This document shows positions 45,856 through 55,397 of a stretch of DNA of 64,000 nucleotides, piece after piece; the first letter of the stretch is position 1; each line of letters begins with the position of its first letter. Under the pieces are notes generated by a model. It was not told the origin of the DNA. It ran no database searches and worked only from the letters and a program-made list of their open reading frames with translations. The DNA comes from Acidobacteriota bacterium (GTDB lineage Bacteria > Acidobacteriota > UBA6911 > RPQK01 > JAJDTT01), in assembly GCA_965203535.1 (NCBI GenBank), contig OZ241897.1, positions 3,179-67,178 of the forward strand, given 5' to 3'. A program made the position numbers and the translations under genes.

Positions 45856-48722
45856 GCATCGCGCCCGTCATCCTGAGGCACTATCAGAACCTCAACGAAA
45901 GTCAGCGCAGGGTCGTCGGACATCTTGACGGACCATTGCTCGTGATCGCGGGACCAGGGTCGGGCAAGACCTACAGCATGGTCTTGCGCGCGTTGAATCT
46001 CCTTTTATTGGAGAGGGCCGAACCAAAGGAAGTCGTCCTCTGTACGTTCACAGAGAAGGCCGCCTTCGAGATGCGCGACCGGCTGTCGGCTGCCGCTCGA
46101 CAGGTCGGCTACAAGGAAGACCTGTCGGACCTGACGATCTCGACCATCCACGGCTACTGCAACCAAATCCTCAATCGGCAACGTCACCGGACGAAACTTG
46201 GGCACAACTACGAAGTTCTGGATGAACTGACCCAACTTCTCTTCATCTTCGAACACTTTGACGAGATCATTGGACCTGCTGAGAACGACCGCTTCCTCAC
46301 TCATTGGCGGACCCGTTGGACCGCCATTAGCGGGTCGGTGCAATATTTCAACAAAATAACGGAAGAACTAGTCGATTCCCGACGGCTTGCGACTTCCGGA
46401 AACGCCTTTCTCAGCGCCATCGGTTCGGCCTACGAACGCTACGAGCAAACTCTGTTCGCAACAAACCGCGTCGACTTCGCACACCTCCAGCGACTCGTTT
46501 ATGACCTGCTGTCCGATCCGGGTACAGCGAACACTACTGACCCCGGCCTCCGCTACCTGTTGGTCGACGAATACCAGGACACCAACCACATACAGGAACA
46601 ACTTCTCCTCAAGTTGGCAGGAACCCGCAGAAACTTGTGTGTCGTCGGAGACGAGGACCAGAGCCTCTACCGCTTCAGAGGCGCGACCGTACGGAACATT
46701 CTCGAATTCTCGCAGCAGGTTCCCGAGTGCAAAACCTTCAAGTTGACTACCAACTACCGGTCGCACCGCGCCATCGTCAAACGCTACGATCGTTGGATGG
46801 ATTCGGCTGACTGGTCCAACCCGGATGGCGGTTCATTCCGACACGAGAAAACCATTGTTGCCGATGCAAAATCCGAGCATCCCGATTATCCGTCCGTCAT
46901 CAGCATCTGGGGCACCAACAGCCGAGACGAAACAGAGCGATTCGCCGATTTTATTGAGTTCCTGAAGGAGAACGGCACGATCTCGGACTACAATCAGGTA
47001 GCCCTTCTCCTGCACAGCGTCCGCGAAGCACACAGCTCTCCATACGTGGCCGCGCTCAGGGCCAAGGGTATTCCCGCATTTTGCCCGAGAGCTCGAAAGT
47101 TTTTTGAGATACGTGAGATTCGCTACCTCGTTGCTTGTTACTCGGTCATTCTCGGTTGGTACGGCAGCGGGCGGGGAAACGTCAGCGGCGCAGTGTTGAA
47201 TCTTGCAAACTACGTGGACAAGGCATTGGTCGAACTCGGCCGGAGATTCGGTGGCCCCCACCCTCTCGCCCGAGCACTCCAACGTTGGACCAACGAGATC
47301 ATAACTCTAAAACCTGGCCAGACGCTGGACCGTCGTCCTGCCGACTACTTCTACCAACTCCTTGCGCTGGAGCCATTTAGAAGCGCAGTCCGAGACGAGA
47401 ATATAGCCCGCAACCTTGCCATTTTCTCCGAGTTACTGAACGTCTTCCAACGGTACTATCACTATTCAATCATCACGCACCGGAATCGTGAAATCCTCCG
47501 TCTGCACTTCTTCAACAGCTTCCTTCGCCTTCTTCATGCCGGCGGAATCGACGAGCACGAGGACACGGACCGACCGTTCCCCAAGGGCCACGTGCAGGTG
47601 ATGACCATCCACCAAGCCAAAGGCCTTGAGTTCCCGGTCATCGTAGCCGGCTCACTCTCGGCGCAGTTGTCGACCCTCAAGAAAATCGACCGAGACCTGG
47701 GCCCATTTTACAACCGACCACCGTTCGAACCGGAGAACCGAATCACCCTCTTCGACCGGATGCGGCTGCACTACGTGGCTTTTTCAAGGCCGCAGAAGGT
47801 GCTGGTGCTGACGGCGCACAAGCAACCAAAGGACCACTTCGCGTCCATCTGGCAGGGGCTTCCGCAATGGCCCTACGTGCGGAAGGAATTGCTCGCCGCC
47901 CAACGCTTCGAGGTGCACGAGCGCATACCGGTGAAGAAAACGTACAGCTTCACCGGCGATCTCAGAATCTACGAAACCTGCCCACGCCAATATCAGTTCT
48001 TTCGCGAGTACGACTTCACTCCCTCCCGTTCGGCTGTGATCTTCTTCGGCCTGCTCGTGCATCAATCCATCGAGGAGATCCACCGTATCGCCCTGGACGG
48101 TCGGCTCCATACGCTCGACGAGATGCGCATCCGCGAGCTGTTCGAACATGTCTTCCAAAATCTGTGCCTCTCCGACGTGCGTCCCATCGGCGATAAAGCG
48201 AAGGAGTCGGCTTTCGCGCAAGTGATCGCCTACTTCCGGCAGAACCAGGAAGAGATCAACAACGTTCTCGAAACGGAGGTCGACGTCTCGGTGGAGAAAA
48301 ACGACTACATTCTGGCCGGGAAAGTGGACTTGCTACTCGGCGGAGACGGCAAGCTCGCGCTGCTCGACTTCAAGACCTCACCCCGCCCGAAGGACAGCCC
48401 CGATTTGATCGCCGCCTACGAACGACAACTCTGCACCTACGCGCACATCCTCGAGCGTCGGCACGGCAAGCGCGTGGACCGGATGCTGCTCTACTGGACC
48501 TCGGAGCCGCGCAAGGAGGATGCTCTCATGGCCCTCCCATATCGGTCGGAATTGGTGCGGGACGCTGGCCGGCACTTCGACGAAACCGTGCGGCGCATCC
48601 AAGCCAGCGAATTCTCAGTCAAGATCCCGCCGGAGCCGGCGATCTGTAAGGAATGCGATCTGAGAACCCTGTGCTACGCTGAGGGTGTCATCACAAAGGA
48701 GCATACATTGGATGGCCAGTGA
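45852..48722 (+). CDS. UvrD/REP-family SF1 helicase fused to a C-terminal RecB/Cas4-like PD-(D/E)xK nuclease domain
   Basis: Walker A AGPGSGKTY. UvrD motifs (LLVDEYQDTN, VVGDEDQSLYRFRGA, QVMTIHQAKGLEFPVV). C-terminus has a Cys cluster C..CPRQYQ...CKECDLRTLC typical of Fe-S RecB-family nucleases. Start overlaps the radC stop (ATGA). Confidence 0.8.
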   Translation: MSIAPVILRHYQNLNESQRRVVGHLDGPLLVIAGPGSGKTYSMVLRALNLLLLERAEPKEVVLCTFTEKAAFEMRDRLSAAARQVGYKEDLSDLTISTIHGYCNQILNRQRHRTKLGHNYEVLDELTQLLFIFEHFDEIIGPAENDRFLTHWRTRWTAISGSVQYFNKITEELVDSRRLATSGNAFLSAIGSAYERYEQTLFATNRVDFAHLQRLVYDLLSDPGTANTTDPGLRYLLVDEYQDTNHIQEQLLLKLAGTRRNLCVVGDEDQSLYRFRGATVRNILEFSQQVPECKTFKLTTNYRSHRAIVKRYDRWMDSADWSNPDGGSFRHEKTIVADAKSEHPDYPSVISIWGTNSRDETERFADFIEFLKENGTISDYNQVALLLHSVREAHSSPYVAALRAKGIPAFCPRARKFFEIREIRYLVACYSVILGWYGSGRGNVSGAVLNLANYVDKALVELGRRFGGPHPLARALQRWTNEIITLKPGQTLDRRPADYFYQLLALEPFRSAVRDENIARNLAIFSELLNVFQRYYHYSIITHRNREILRLHFFNSFLRLLHAGGIDEHEDTDRPFPKGHVQVMTIHQAKGLEFPVIVAGSLSAQLSTLKKIDRDLGPFYNRPPFEPENRITLFDRMRLHYVAFSRPQKVLVLTAHKQPKDHFASIWQGLPQWPYVRKELLAAQRFEVHERIPVKKTYSFTGDLRIYETCPRQYQFFREYDFTPSRSAVIFFGLLVHQSIEEIHRIALDGRLHTLDEMRIRELFEHVFQNLCLSDVRPIGDKAKESAFAQVIAYFRQNQEEINNVLETEVDVSVEKNDYILAGKVDLLLGGDGKLALLDFKTSPRPKDSPDLIAAYERQLCTYAHILERRHGKRVDRMLLYWTSEPRKEDALMALPYRSELVRDAGRHFDETVRRIQASEFSVKIPPEPAICKECDLRTLCYAEGVITKEHTLDGQ

Positions 48723-48743
48723 TTATCGTTCGATCCGATCAGA

Positions 48744-50183
48744 TTGATTCACATGGCGAAAATCACACCTGCAGACCTCGAAATCCTTATTCAGCAGGGC
48801 GAGGGCACGACCCTTGAATTCAAGGAGAGGCTCTCGTCGTCGCTGGCGAGGGAAGTCGTGGCACAGGCGAACACTATTGGAGGGAAGATCCTACTGGGAG
48901 TGCGCGATGACGGAGTCGTGACGGGGATTCAGGACTCCAATGCTCTACGCGCCCGCATTCAGGACATCGCCCGAAACTGCGATCCTCCGGTGAACGTGCT
49001 GGCACAGCCGGTAGGTGAGATATTCGTGGTTCAGGTTCGCGAAAGCGACGCCAAGCCCGTGCAATGCAGCGATGGGTTCTTCTGGCGCCAGGGTGCAGTG
49101 ACCCAGAAGCTCAGCCGTGACGAAATCCGCGACTTCTTCCGGGTCGAGGGCGTGATTCGTTTCGATCTCTCCCCCTGCCCCCGCTTCCGGTATCCCGAGG
49201 ATTTCGACCGCGAGAAGTTCGAGGCTTGGCTCGGCTACTCCGGCATCACCGGCCGGCTGCCCGTGGAAGACGTGCTGGTCAACATCGAGGCGGCCGAACA
49301 GGCGGGCGGGAAACTGCTCTTCCGAAACGCCGGTGTGCTCTTTTTCGCCCAAAACGTCCGTCATTTCTTCCCGGAGGCGTACATCACCTGCCTGCTGGCA
49401 AGAGGGCCGGACAAGGTCCACATCCTGGACCGAAAGGACTTCGACGGCGGAATCGTGGCAGACGTCGAGGACGCCCTGCGTTTCGTCGAGCGCAATACGC
49501 GAACCGCCTATCGGATCGATGGGTTGCGGCGACAGAACGTCCCCGAGTATCCGATGAGGGCGGTACGGGAGGCGATCACCAATGCGGTCATGCACCGCGA
49601 CTGGTTCTTCGAAGGCGCCAACGTCTTCGTCGAGATCTACACCGACCGAATCGAGGTGAGCAGCCCCGGCCGGCTCCCCAAGGGCTTGACCCTGGCCGAA
49701 CTCGGGCGCAGGAGTATCCGTCGCAACGCACTGGTCGCGGACCTGCTCCATCGCATCGACTTCATCGAGAAGGCAGGCACCGGCATCCGCCGCATCCGGG
49801 ACGAGGCGAGAGAGTTGGACTGCCCGGAACCGGAATTCGAGGCCGACAGCTTCGTGACCGTCACCTTTCGTCCGAACCCGACGGTCCGTACGGTGTCTGA
49901 GGATGATCAGGCCACCGGGAAAGTCACCCCCCAAGTCACCCCCCAAGTCACCCCCCAAGTTCGACTGTTGAAGGCGATGTCCGGTGAAATGACCCGACAA
50001 CGCCTACAGGAACGGCTTGATCTGAGGGATAGTCAACATTTCCGCAAGGCGTATCTGGTCCCTGCCCTGCAAGCTGGATGGATCGAAATGACGATCCCGG
50101 ACAAGCCGCGCAGCAGCAAGCAGCGCTACCGCCTGACGCCGGCGGGACTCGGATATTTGAAGAGAACCACAGAGGCACGTTAA
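48744..50183 (+). CDS. AlbA_2 (Schlafen-like) + HATPase_c_4 (RecG C-terminal-like) domain putative DNA-binding protein
   Basis: N-terminus EGTTLEFKERL...ANTIGGKILLGVRDDG is typical of AlbA_2 / divergent-AAA proteins. C-terminal wHTH region. Contains an in-frame 12-nt x3 tandem repeat (TPQV)x3. Confidence 0.65.
   Translation: MIHMAKITPADLEILIQQGEGTTLEFKERLSSSLAREVVAQANTIGGKILLGVRDDGVVTGIQDSNALRARIQDIARNCDPPVNVLAQPVGEIFVVQVRESDAKPVQCSDGFFWRQGAVTQKLSRDEIRDFFRVEGVIRFDLSPCPRFRYPEDFDREKFEAWLGYSGITGRLPVEDVLVNIEAAEQAGGKLLFRNAGVLFFAQNVRHFFPEAYITCLLARGPDKVHILDRKDFDGGIVADVEDALRFVERNTRTAYRIDGLRRQNVPEYPMRAVREAITNAVMHRDWFFEGANVFVEIYTDRIEVSSPGRLPKGLTLAELGRRSIRRNALVADLLHRIDFIEKAGTGIRRIRDEARELDCPEPEFEADSFVTVTFRPNPTVRTVSEDDQATGKVTPQVTPQVTPQVRLLKAMSGEMTRQRLQERLDLRDSQHFRKAYLVPALQAGWIEMTIPDKPRSSKQRYRLTPAGLGYLKRTTEAR
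49923..49958 (+). repeat. 12-bp tandem repeat (gtcaccccccaa) x3 inside a CDS
   Basis: Seen directly. Encodes VTPQVTPQVTPQ. In-frame, with length-variation potential. Confidence 0.85.
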
Positions 50184-51392
50184 ATGGCGAAGATCGACAT
50201 CACCAAGACCCTGAAGAAAGACAAGAAGGGCTGGTACTATGTCCGTGGTAATCGTGATTCCAGCGGCAACGTAACGGGGAAATGGTTCCGGACGTACGTT
50301 GACCCGAACGAAATCCGAAAGGGTAAGTTCGCTGCCGACGTATGGGCAGATATCAAGTCCTATCGAGCGCAAGGCAAACAAGCTACGGGGTTCCCGACAC
50401 AAAAACCGGAGAAACTTCTTAAGCGCGTCGTCGGTGCGTTTTCCAAACCCGGTGACCTCGTTGCTGATTTCTTCTGTGGCTCCGGCACTACTCTCGCCAT
50501 AGCCGAGAAACTCGGCCGTCGCTGGATCGGTTGCGACCTTGGCCGTTGGGGTATCCATGTCACCCGCAAGCGGTTGCTCGGAATCGAGAACTGCAAACCC
50601 TTCGAACTCCTCAACCTCGGCAAGTACGAACGCCAGTATTGGCAGGGCTTGACCTTCGGTGGTAACGAGGACAGGAAAATAACGGAACAGGCAGTCTACG
50701 AGTACTTCGCGTTTATCCTCAAGCTCTACCGGGCCGAGCCGTTAACCGGTTCGATGCACCTCCATGGAAAGCGCGGCAGGGCCATGGTTCACATCGGCGC
50801 GGTGGACGCGCCGGTCACCATCGATGAGATCAATCGCGCTCTGAATGAATGCACTGAACTGAAGCAAAGCGAGCTTCACGTGCTGGGGTGGGACTGGGAA
50901 ATGGGTTTGGGCGGACCCAACAATGACGTGCGCAAAGGTGGCCTTATGCACGAATCCGCCAAAGCCCGAGGCATAAAGCTAATACTGCTTCAGATCCCTC
51001 GCGAGGTGATGGAACAGCAGGCGACTGACAAGGGTGACGTGCGTTTCTTTGAGTTGGCATATCTGGCGACTTCCATCAAAAAGCCGAAGAGTCTCACGGC
51101 AGAGGTGGCACTCAACGATTTCGTCATCCCCAACGCTGAACTCATCCCCGAAGAAGTGCGAAGCAAGGTCAGGAAGTGGTCAGACTACATCGACTACTGG
51201 GCCGTGGATTGGGACTTTCGGAACGATTCCTTCATGCAGGGTTGGGTCGCATACCGTACCCGCAAAGATCGTACGCTTCCTCTCGTCTCCGACCCACACA
51301 CTTACGAGCAACCCGGCAAGTACCAAGTGCTCGTGAAGGTGATCGACATCTTCGGCAACGATACGTCCCAGGCATACAACGTCGAGGTGTGA
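50184..51392 (+). CDS. DNA methyltransferase fragment: beta-class N6A/N4C MTase C-terminal (motif X-I) region plus C-terminal extension. Probable N-terminally truncated Type III Mod-like gene.
   Basis: GFPTQKPEKLLKRVV...GDLVADFFCGSGTTLAIAEKLGRRWIGCD is the conserved C-terminal block of PF01555-type MTases. No (D/N/S)PP(Y/F) catalytic motif anywhere in the 402 aa. Starts immediately after the stop of the upstream gene, in the same frame. Confidence 0.55.
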   Translation: MAKIDITKTLKKDKKGWYYVRGNRDSSGNVTGKWFRTYVDPNEIRKGKFAADVWADIKSYRAQGKQATGFPTQKPEKLLKRVVGAFSKPGDLVADFFCGSGTTLAIAEKLGRRWIGCDLGRWGIHVTRKRLLGIENCKPFELLNLGKYERQYWQGLTFGGNEDRKITEQAVYEYFAFILKLYRAEPLTGSMHLHGKRGRAMVHIGAVDAPVTIDEINRALNECTELKQSELHVLGWDWEMGLGGPNNDVRKGGLMHESAKARGIKLILLQIPREVMEQQATDKGDVRFFELAYLATSIKKPKSLTAEVALNDFVIPNAELIPEEVRSKVRKWSDYIDYWAVDWDFRNDSFMQGWVAYRTRKDRTLPLVSDPHTYEQPGKYQVLVKVIDIFGNDTSQAYNVEV

Positions 51393-51396
51393 ACCC

Positions 51397-51732
51397 ATGT
51401 TGACTCTCCATCCCGAAGAACAGAGTTGGCTGGATAGGTACCGGAAGGCTCTTGAAGAGAGACACCCCGGCGCGGTGCTGCGCATGGTCATATACGGCTC
51501 CAAGGCACGCGGAGATGCGCACGAAGACAGCGATATGGACGTGCTCATCATCGTCCGGAACGAATCGAACGGCCTCAAGCGTCCGCTACGACGAATCGGT
51601 TACGATCTGGCTGCGACCTCTTGGGCCGTACCCTCGATCATGGCTTACACGCAGGCCGAGTGGGAACGTCTGAAAACACTTCAGTCAACCTACAGAGAAG
51701 CGGTCGAACGCGACGGGGTCTCCGTCCTGTGA
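51397..51732 (+). CDS. Minimal nucleotidyltransferase (MNT) antitoxin-type protein
   Basis: GS...D motif LRMVIYGSKARGDAHEDSDMDVLII. 111 aa. Confidence 0.8.
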   Translation: MLTLHPEEQSWLDRYRKALEERHPGAVLRMVIYGSKARGDAHEDSDMDVLIIVRNESNGLKRPLRRIGYDLAATSWAVPSIMAYTQAEWERLKTLQSTYREAVERDGVSVL

Positions 51733-52154
51733 ACCGAGAGTCGTCCATTGGAGAATGGCGGCGCGCAGTACAGGCGCTCGCCTCGGCCAAGCTCCTGATG
51801 CAGTCCGATTATCGAGAAGATTCCGTGTCCCGCTCCTATTATGCGATGCTTCACGCTGCAAAATCTGCTCTGTTCGTACACGATATCGCCACATCGAGTC
51901 ATACCGCAGTGAGGAGCATGTTCGGCCTTCATCTTGTACGCACCGGTGAAATCGAACGAGAATGGGCAAGGGATCTTGCCGAAGGCTCGGATGATCGACT
52001 GATGGCGGACTACAGTTTTCATACTCGCTTCTCCCGCGAAGAGACTCAGCGGGAGTATGAGCGAGCGAAAGCGTTTCTCGAACGGATACGCAAATACTTG
52101 ACCGAGCACGGATTGACCGGACAGGAACTCGATTCGGAGCACGGCAATGGCTGA
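51729..52154 (+). CDS. HEPN-domain protein (toxin partner of MNT)
   Basis: GTG start overlapping the MNT stop (GTGA). HEPN Rx4-6H-like region. 141 aa. Confidence 0.7.
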   Translation: MNRESSIGEWRRAVQALASAKLLMQSDYREDSVSRSYYAMLHAAKSALFVHDIATSSHTAVRSMFGLHLVRTGEIEREWARDLAEGSDDRLMADYSFHTRFSREETQREYERAKAFLERIRKYLTEHGLTGQELDSEHGNG

Positions 52155-54999
52155 GTCAGTCATTTCATACGACAAAGACCTGCCCGAGATTTCGGGTCGG
52201 ATTCCGTGGGAAAGGCCAGACTCCTTTTTGGTGAAGGACGACCGGGCGCCGAACGGCTGGCGTGAAGATACGTCCGAGCGCCGGCCCAGTCGGCTCCTGC
52301 TCGTACCGAAGATCCGCAATGCGGTGGACGCGTGGCGCGACGGCGGCTACCCGGGCGCTTCCGACGTGACGCGGAGGCTGTTCGAGTACTGGTTTGAGGA
52401 AGACCACGACGTACCCGGCTTCGACGCCCCGTTTCACTACTATTTCTGCCAGCGGGAGGCTGTCGAGACGCTGGCATGGCTGGTGGAGGTCGCACGTGAG
52501 CGAGACGCCAAGGCCCTCATAGAGACCTACGGCACCATCTTCAGGAAAGACCTGCTTTCGAAGAACATCGAGTTCCAGACCACGATGGACGGCCGGCGAC
52601 AGGTCCGCCGGTACGTGGAGGAGCTAACATCAACAGGAGTGCAGGATCTGCCGCCCAAGGACCTGCGCCGCTTCGCCTTCAAGATGGCCACCGGCTCCGG
52701 GAAGACCTGGGTCATGGCAATGGCCGTCGTCTGGGCCCGGTTCCACAAGCAGCGCGTGCCCGGCTCGGACCTCTCCACGAACTTCCTGATCGTGGCGCCC
52801 AACGTGATCGTGTATCAGCGACTGGCGAAGGACTTTGCGGACAACCGGATATTCCACAAGCTGCCCTTGATCCCACCTGAATGGAAGGGCAGTTTCTCGC
52901 AGAAGGTAATCCTGCGGGGGGACTCCGCCGAGCCCGATCCCTCCGGGAATCTGTTCCTCACCAACATCCACCAACTCTACGAATCCCGCGACAAGGAGTG
53001 GACCGCGGGAAGCGCTGTGGAAGCCCTGCTGGGCAAGCCGCCAGCACAGAACCTGAGTGCTTCCAGCCAGCGATCCATGTTGGAGCGAGTCAAGTCGCTC
53101 CAAGACCTCATGGTGATGAATGACGAAGCCCATCACGTCCACAACGAAGACTTGGCTTGGCACCAATCGCTGGCCGCCATCCAAGAAGCGTTGCCGCAGG
53201 GCCTCGGAGCATGGCTCGATTTCTCGGCCACGCCCAAAGACCAGAACGGCATGTACTTCCCATGGACGATCTGTGACTATCCGCTGGCACAGGCCGTGGA
53301 GGACCGGATCGTCAAGGCGCCTATCATCGTCACCAAGGAGGACGATCCGAAACGACCGACTGGCGACCCTCGCCATGTCATCAAACGGAATGTGGTCGAG
53401 AAATACGGCTACTGGCTGCGCGCCGCCGTCCAGCGCTGGAAGGAGCACCAGAAAGTCTACAGGAAGCTCGGCACCAAGTCCGTGCTGTTCATCATGGCGG
53501 AAAAGAATGTCTACGCGGACGCGCTGGGCGAGCACTTGTGGAAGACCAAAGAGTTCGGTTTCAAGAAGTCAGAAGTGCTCGTCATCCACACCGACAACAC
53601 CGGGGAAGTCAGAAAGGGAGACTTGGAGAAGGCCCGCCAAGCGGCCAGGGACATCGACAAGGCTGAGAGCAAAATCAAGGCCATCGTCAGCGTGATGATG
53701 CTGCGCGAGGGTTGGGACGTTCGCAACGTGACGGTCGTCCTGGGACTCCGGCCGTTCACCGCCAAGGCCGAGATCCTACCGGAGCAGGTGATCGGCCGCG
53801 GTTTGCGCCTGATGAAACACGTGGGCCCGGATCGCACCCAGACGCTGGAGGTGCTGGGTACCCACAAGCTGCTCGACGTGCTGCGGACCCAACTCGAAGC
53901 CGAAGGTGTTGGTGTCGCAAGCACGAAGGCCGATCCGCCGCAGCCAATCCATATCGAGCCGGTGAAGGAACGACTGAAGTACGATATCACCGTTCCCCTC
54001 ACTCGACCCAGCTTGAGACGCGATCTACGCAAACTGTCGGACTTGGATGTGCAGACGCTTGAACCGATATTCGAACAAGAAGAACTCGATGAGCGATTCC
54101 GCGTCAGCCTGATGCTGGAGTTCGTCACAACGGAAACCGAAGTTCACCAGGCTGACATTGCCGTTGGTCTGCTTCCCGTTCAGGAACTCCTGTCCGATAT
54201 TGCCAATATGGTGATTGACAGAACGGGTTTGACCACCCGCTTCGCAGAGCTGTATCCGATGATACGCGACTACGTCGAGCACCGTTGTTTTGGTCGAGAG
54301 ATTAAACTGGATGATGAAGCAACTCGCTCCCATTTGGGGCGGATCGAGGTCAAGGAAGGCATCGCCAAATACATGGCCCGGAAGATTGCACTGCTCACAG
54401 TCGAACGCCGCAACCTTGAATTCGACAAACGGGATTTCCGTATGTCCGATACGAAACCCTTCCTCTGGAGACGCAACCTGCTGCCGCAGCCCTTGGAAGA
54501 GAAGAAAACCGTTTTCAACTTCGTGGCCACCTACAATGACTTCGAGCGCAACTTCGCCAAATTTCTGGGCCGGGCCGACGACGTTCTGCGCTTCGCGGCA
54601 CTCGGGACGACGGAACAGGGGCGCTCCGGAACCACGTTTCGAGTCGACTATCTGAAGCCGAGTGGAGCCATCGGATTTTACCATCCCGATTGGGTGGTGG
54701 TTCAGGAGCTCTTGGATGAACAGGTGAACTGGATCATCGAAACAAAGGGTCGCGTTTGGGAGGGCACCGAGGAGAAGGATGCGGCAATGAAGAGCTGGTG
54801 CCGGCGCATCAGCGCGATGACGGGTGAGACTTGGAAGTATCTGAGAGTGAACCAGAACGAGTTCAGACCTGAGCTGCCGACGCTTCGGGCGCTGGTCGTG
54901 GAAATCGTAGGACACGCCATGCGGGCGGAACGCAGCCAGCACGGACTGAAGATGACCCGCGAGGAAGTTCGGGAAGCCCGCGACGAGGGCCGTCGGTGA
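52147..54999 (+). CDS. res: Type III restriction enzyme Res subunit (SF2 DEAH helicase-nuclease)
   Basis: Walker A KMATGSGKTWVMAMAVVW. DEAH box VMNDEAHHV. Helicase C-terminal motifs (VIGRGLRL). 950 aa. Confidence 0.8.
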   Translation: MAESVISYDKDLPEISGRIPWERPDSFLVKDDRAPNGWREDTSERRPSRLLLVPKIRNAVDAWRDGGYPGASDVTRRLFEYWFEEDHDVPGFDAPFHYYFCQREAVETLAWLVEVARERDAKALIETYGTIFRKDLLSKNIEFQTTMDGRRQVRRYVEELTSTGVQDLPPKDLRRFAFKMATGSGKTWVMAMAVVWARFHKQRVPGSDLSTNFLIVAPNVIVYQRLAKDFADNRIFHKLPLIPPEWKGSFSQKVILRGDSAEPDPSGNLFLTNIHQLYESRDKEWTAGSAVEALLGKPPAQNLSASSQRSMLERVKSLQDLMVMNDEAHHVHNEDLAWHQSLAAIQEALPQGLGAWLDFSATPKDQNGMYFPWTICDYPLAQAVEDRIVKAPIIVTKEDDPKRPTGDPRHVIKRNVVEKYGYWLRAAVQRWKEHQKVYRKLGTKSVLFIMAEKNVYADALGEHLWKTKEFGFKKSEVLVIHTDNTGEVRKGDLEKARQAARDIDKAESKIKAIVSVMMLREGWDVRNVTVVLGLRPFTAKAEILPEQVIGRGLRLMKHVGPDRTQTLEVLGTHKLLDVLRTQLEAEGVGVASTKADPPQPIHIEPVKERLKYDITVPLTRPSLRRDLRKLSDLDVQTLEPIFEQEELDERFRVSLMLEFVTTETEVHQADIAVGLLPVQELLSDIANMVIDRTGLTTRFAELYPMIRDYVEHRCFGREIKLDDEATRSHLGRIEVKEGIAKYMARKIALLTVERRNLEFDKRDFRMSDTKPFLWRRNLLPQPLEEKKTVFNFVATYNDFERNFAKFLGRADDVLRFAALGTTEQGRSGTTFRVDYLKPSGAIGFYHPDWVVVQELLDEQVNWIIETKGRVWEGTEEKDAAMKSWCRRISAMTGETWKYLRVNQNEFRPELPTLRALVVEIVGHAMRAERSQHGLKMTREEVREARDEGRR

Positions 55000-55397
55000 T
55001 GGTCCTCGTCATTGATGCGTCCGTGACGGCGGCGTGGTGTTTTCAGGATGAAATGGGCAGCGTGGAGGCCGATATGCTGATGTCGCGGGTCGCCGACCAG
55101 GGAGGGATCGTGCCGAATCTCTTCTGGCACGAGATGCGCAACATATTGATTGTCGCGGAGCGAAGAGGGCGCATCGAGTCCAAGGCGGCCGAGGTTCACT
55201 TGCAGCGAATTCGCGCACTCCCTCTTGTTGCGGACGACAAGCAGGACGATACGGAGACGCTGGCGCTGTGCCGTCGCTACGGCTTGAGCGGCTATGACGC
55301 TGCATACCTGGAGACCGCAAAACGCCGAGGCACGTCGCTTGGTACGCTTGACAAAAAGCTGGAGAAAGCCGCTAGAAATGAGAACGTCATAGCCTGA
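54996..55397 (+). CDS. PIN-domain protein (VapC-like), no adjacent antitoxin
   Basis: VLVIDASVTAAW...LSGYDAAYLETA pattern of PIN acidic residues. Start overlaps the res stop. Confidence 0.65.
   Translation: MMVLVIDASVTAAWCFQDEMGSVEADMLMSRVADQGGIVPNLFWHEMRNILIVAERRGRIESKAAEVHLQRIRALPLVADDKQDDTETLALCRRYGLSGYDAAYLETAKRRGTSLGTLDKKLEKAARNENVIA

Noticed and set aside
48744-51392. Single fused gene AlbA_2::MTase (read-through of TAA at 50181)
   Set aside because: AlbA_2 + HATPase_c_4 proteins of about 480 aa are a common stand-alone architecture. Same-frame adjacency has a 1-in-3 chance by accident. Kept only as a low-interest note.
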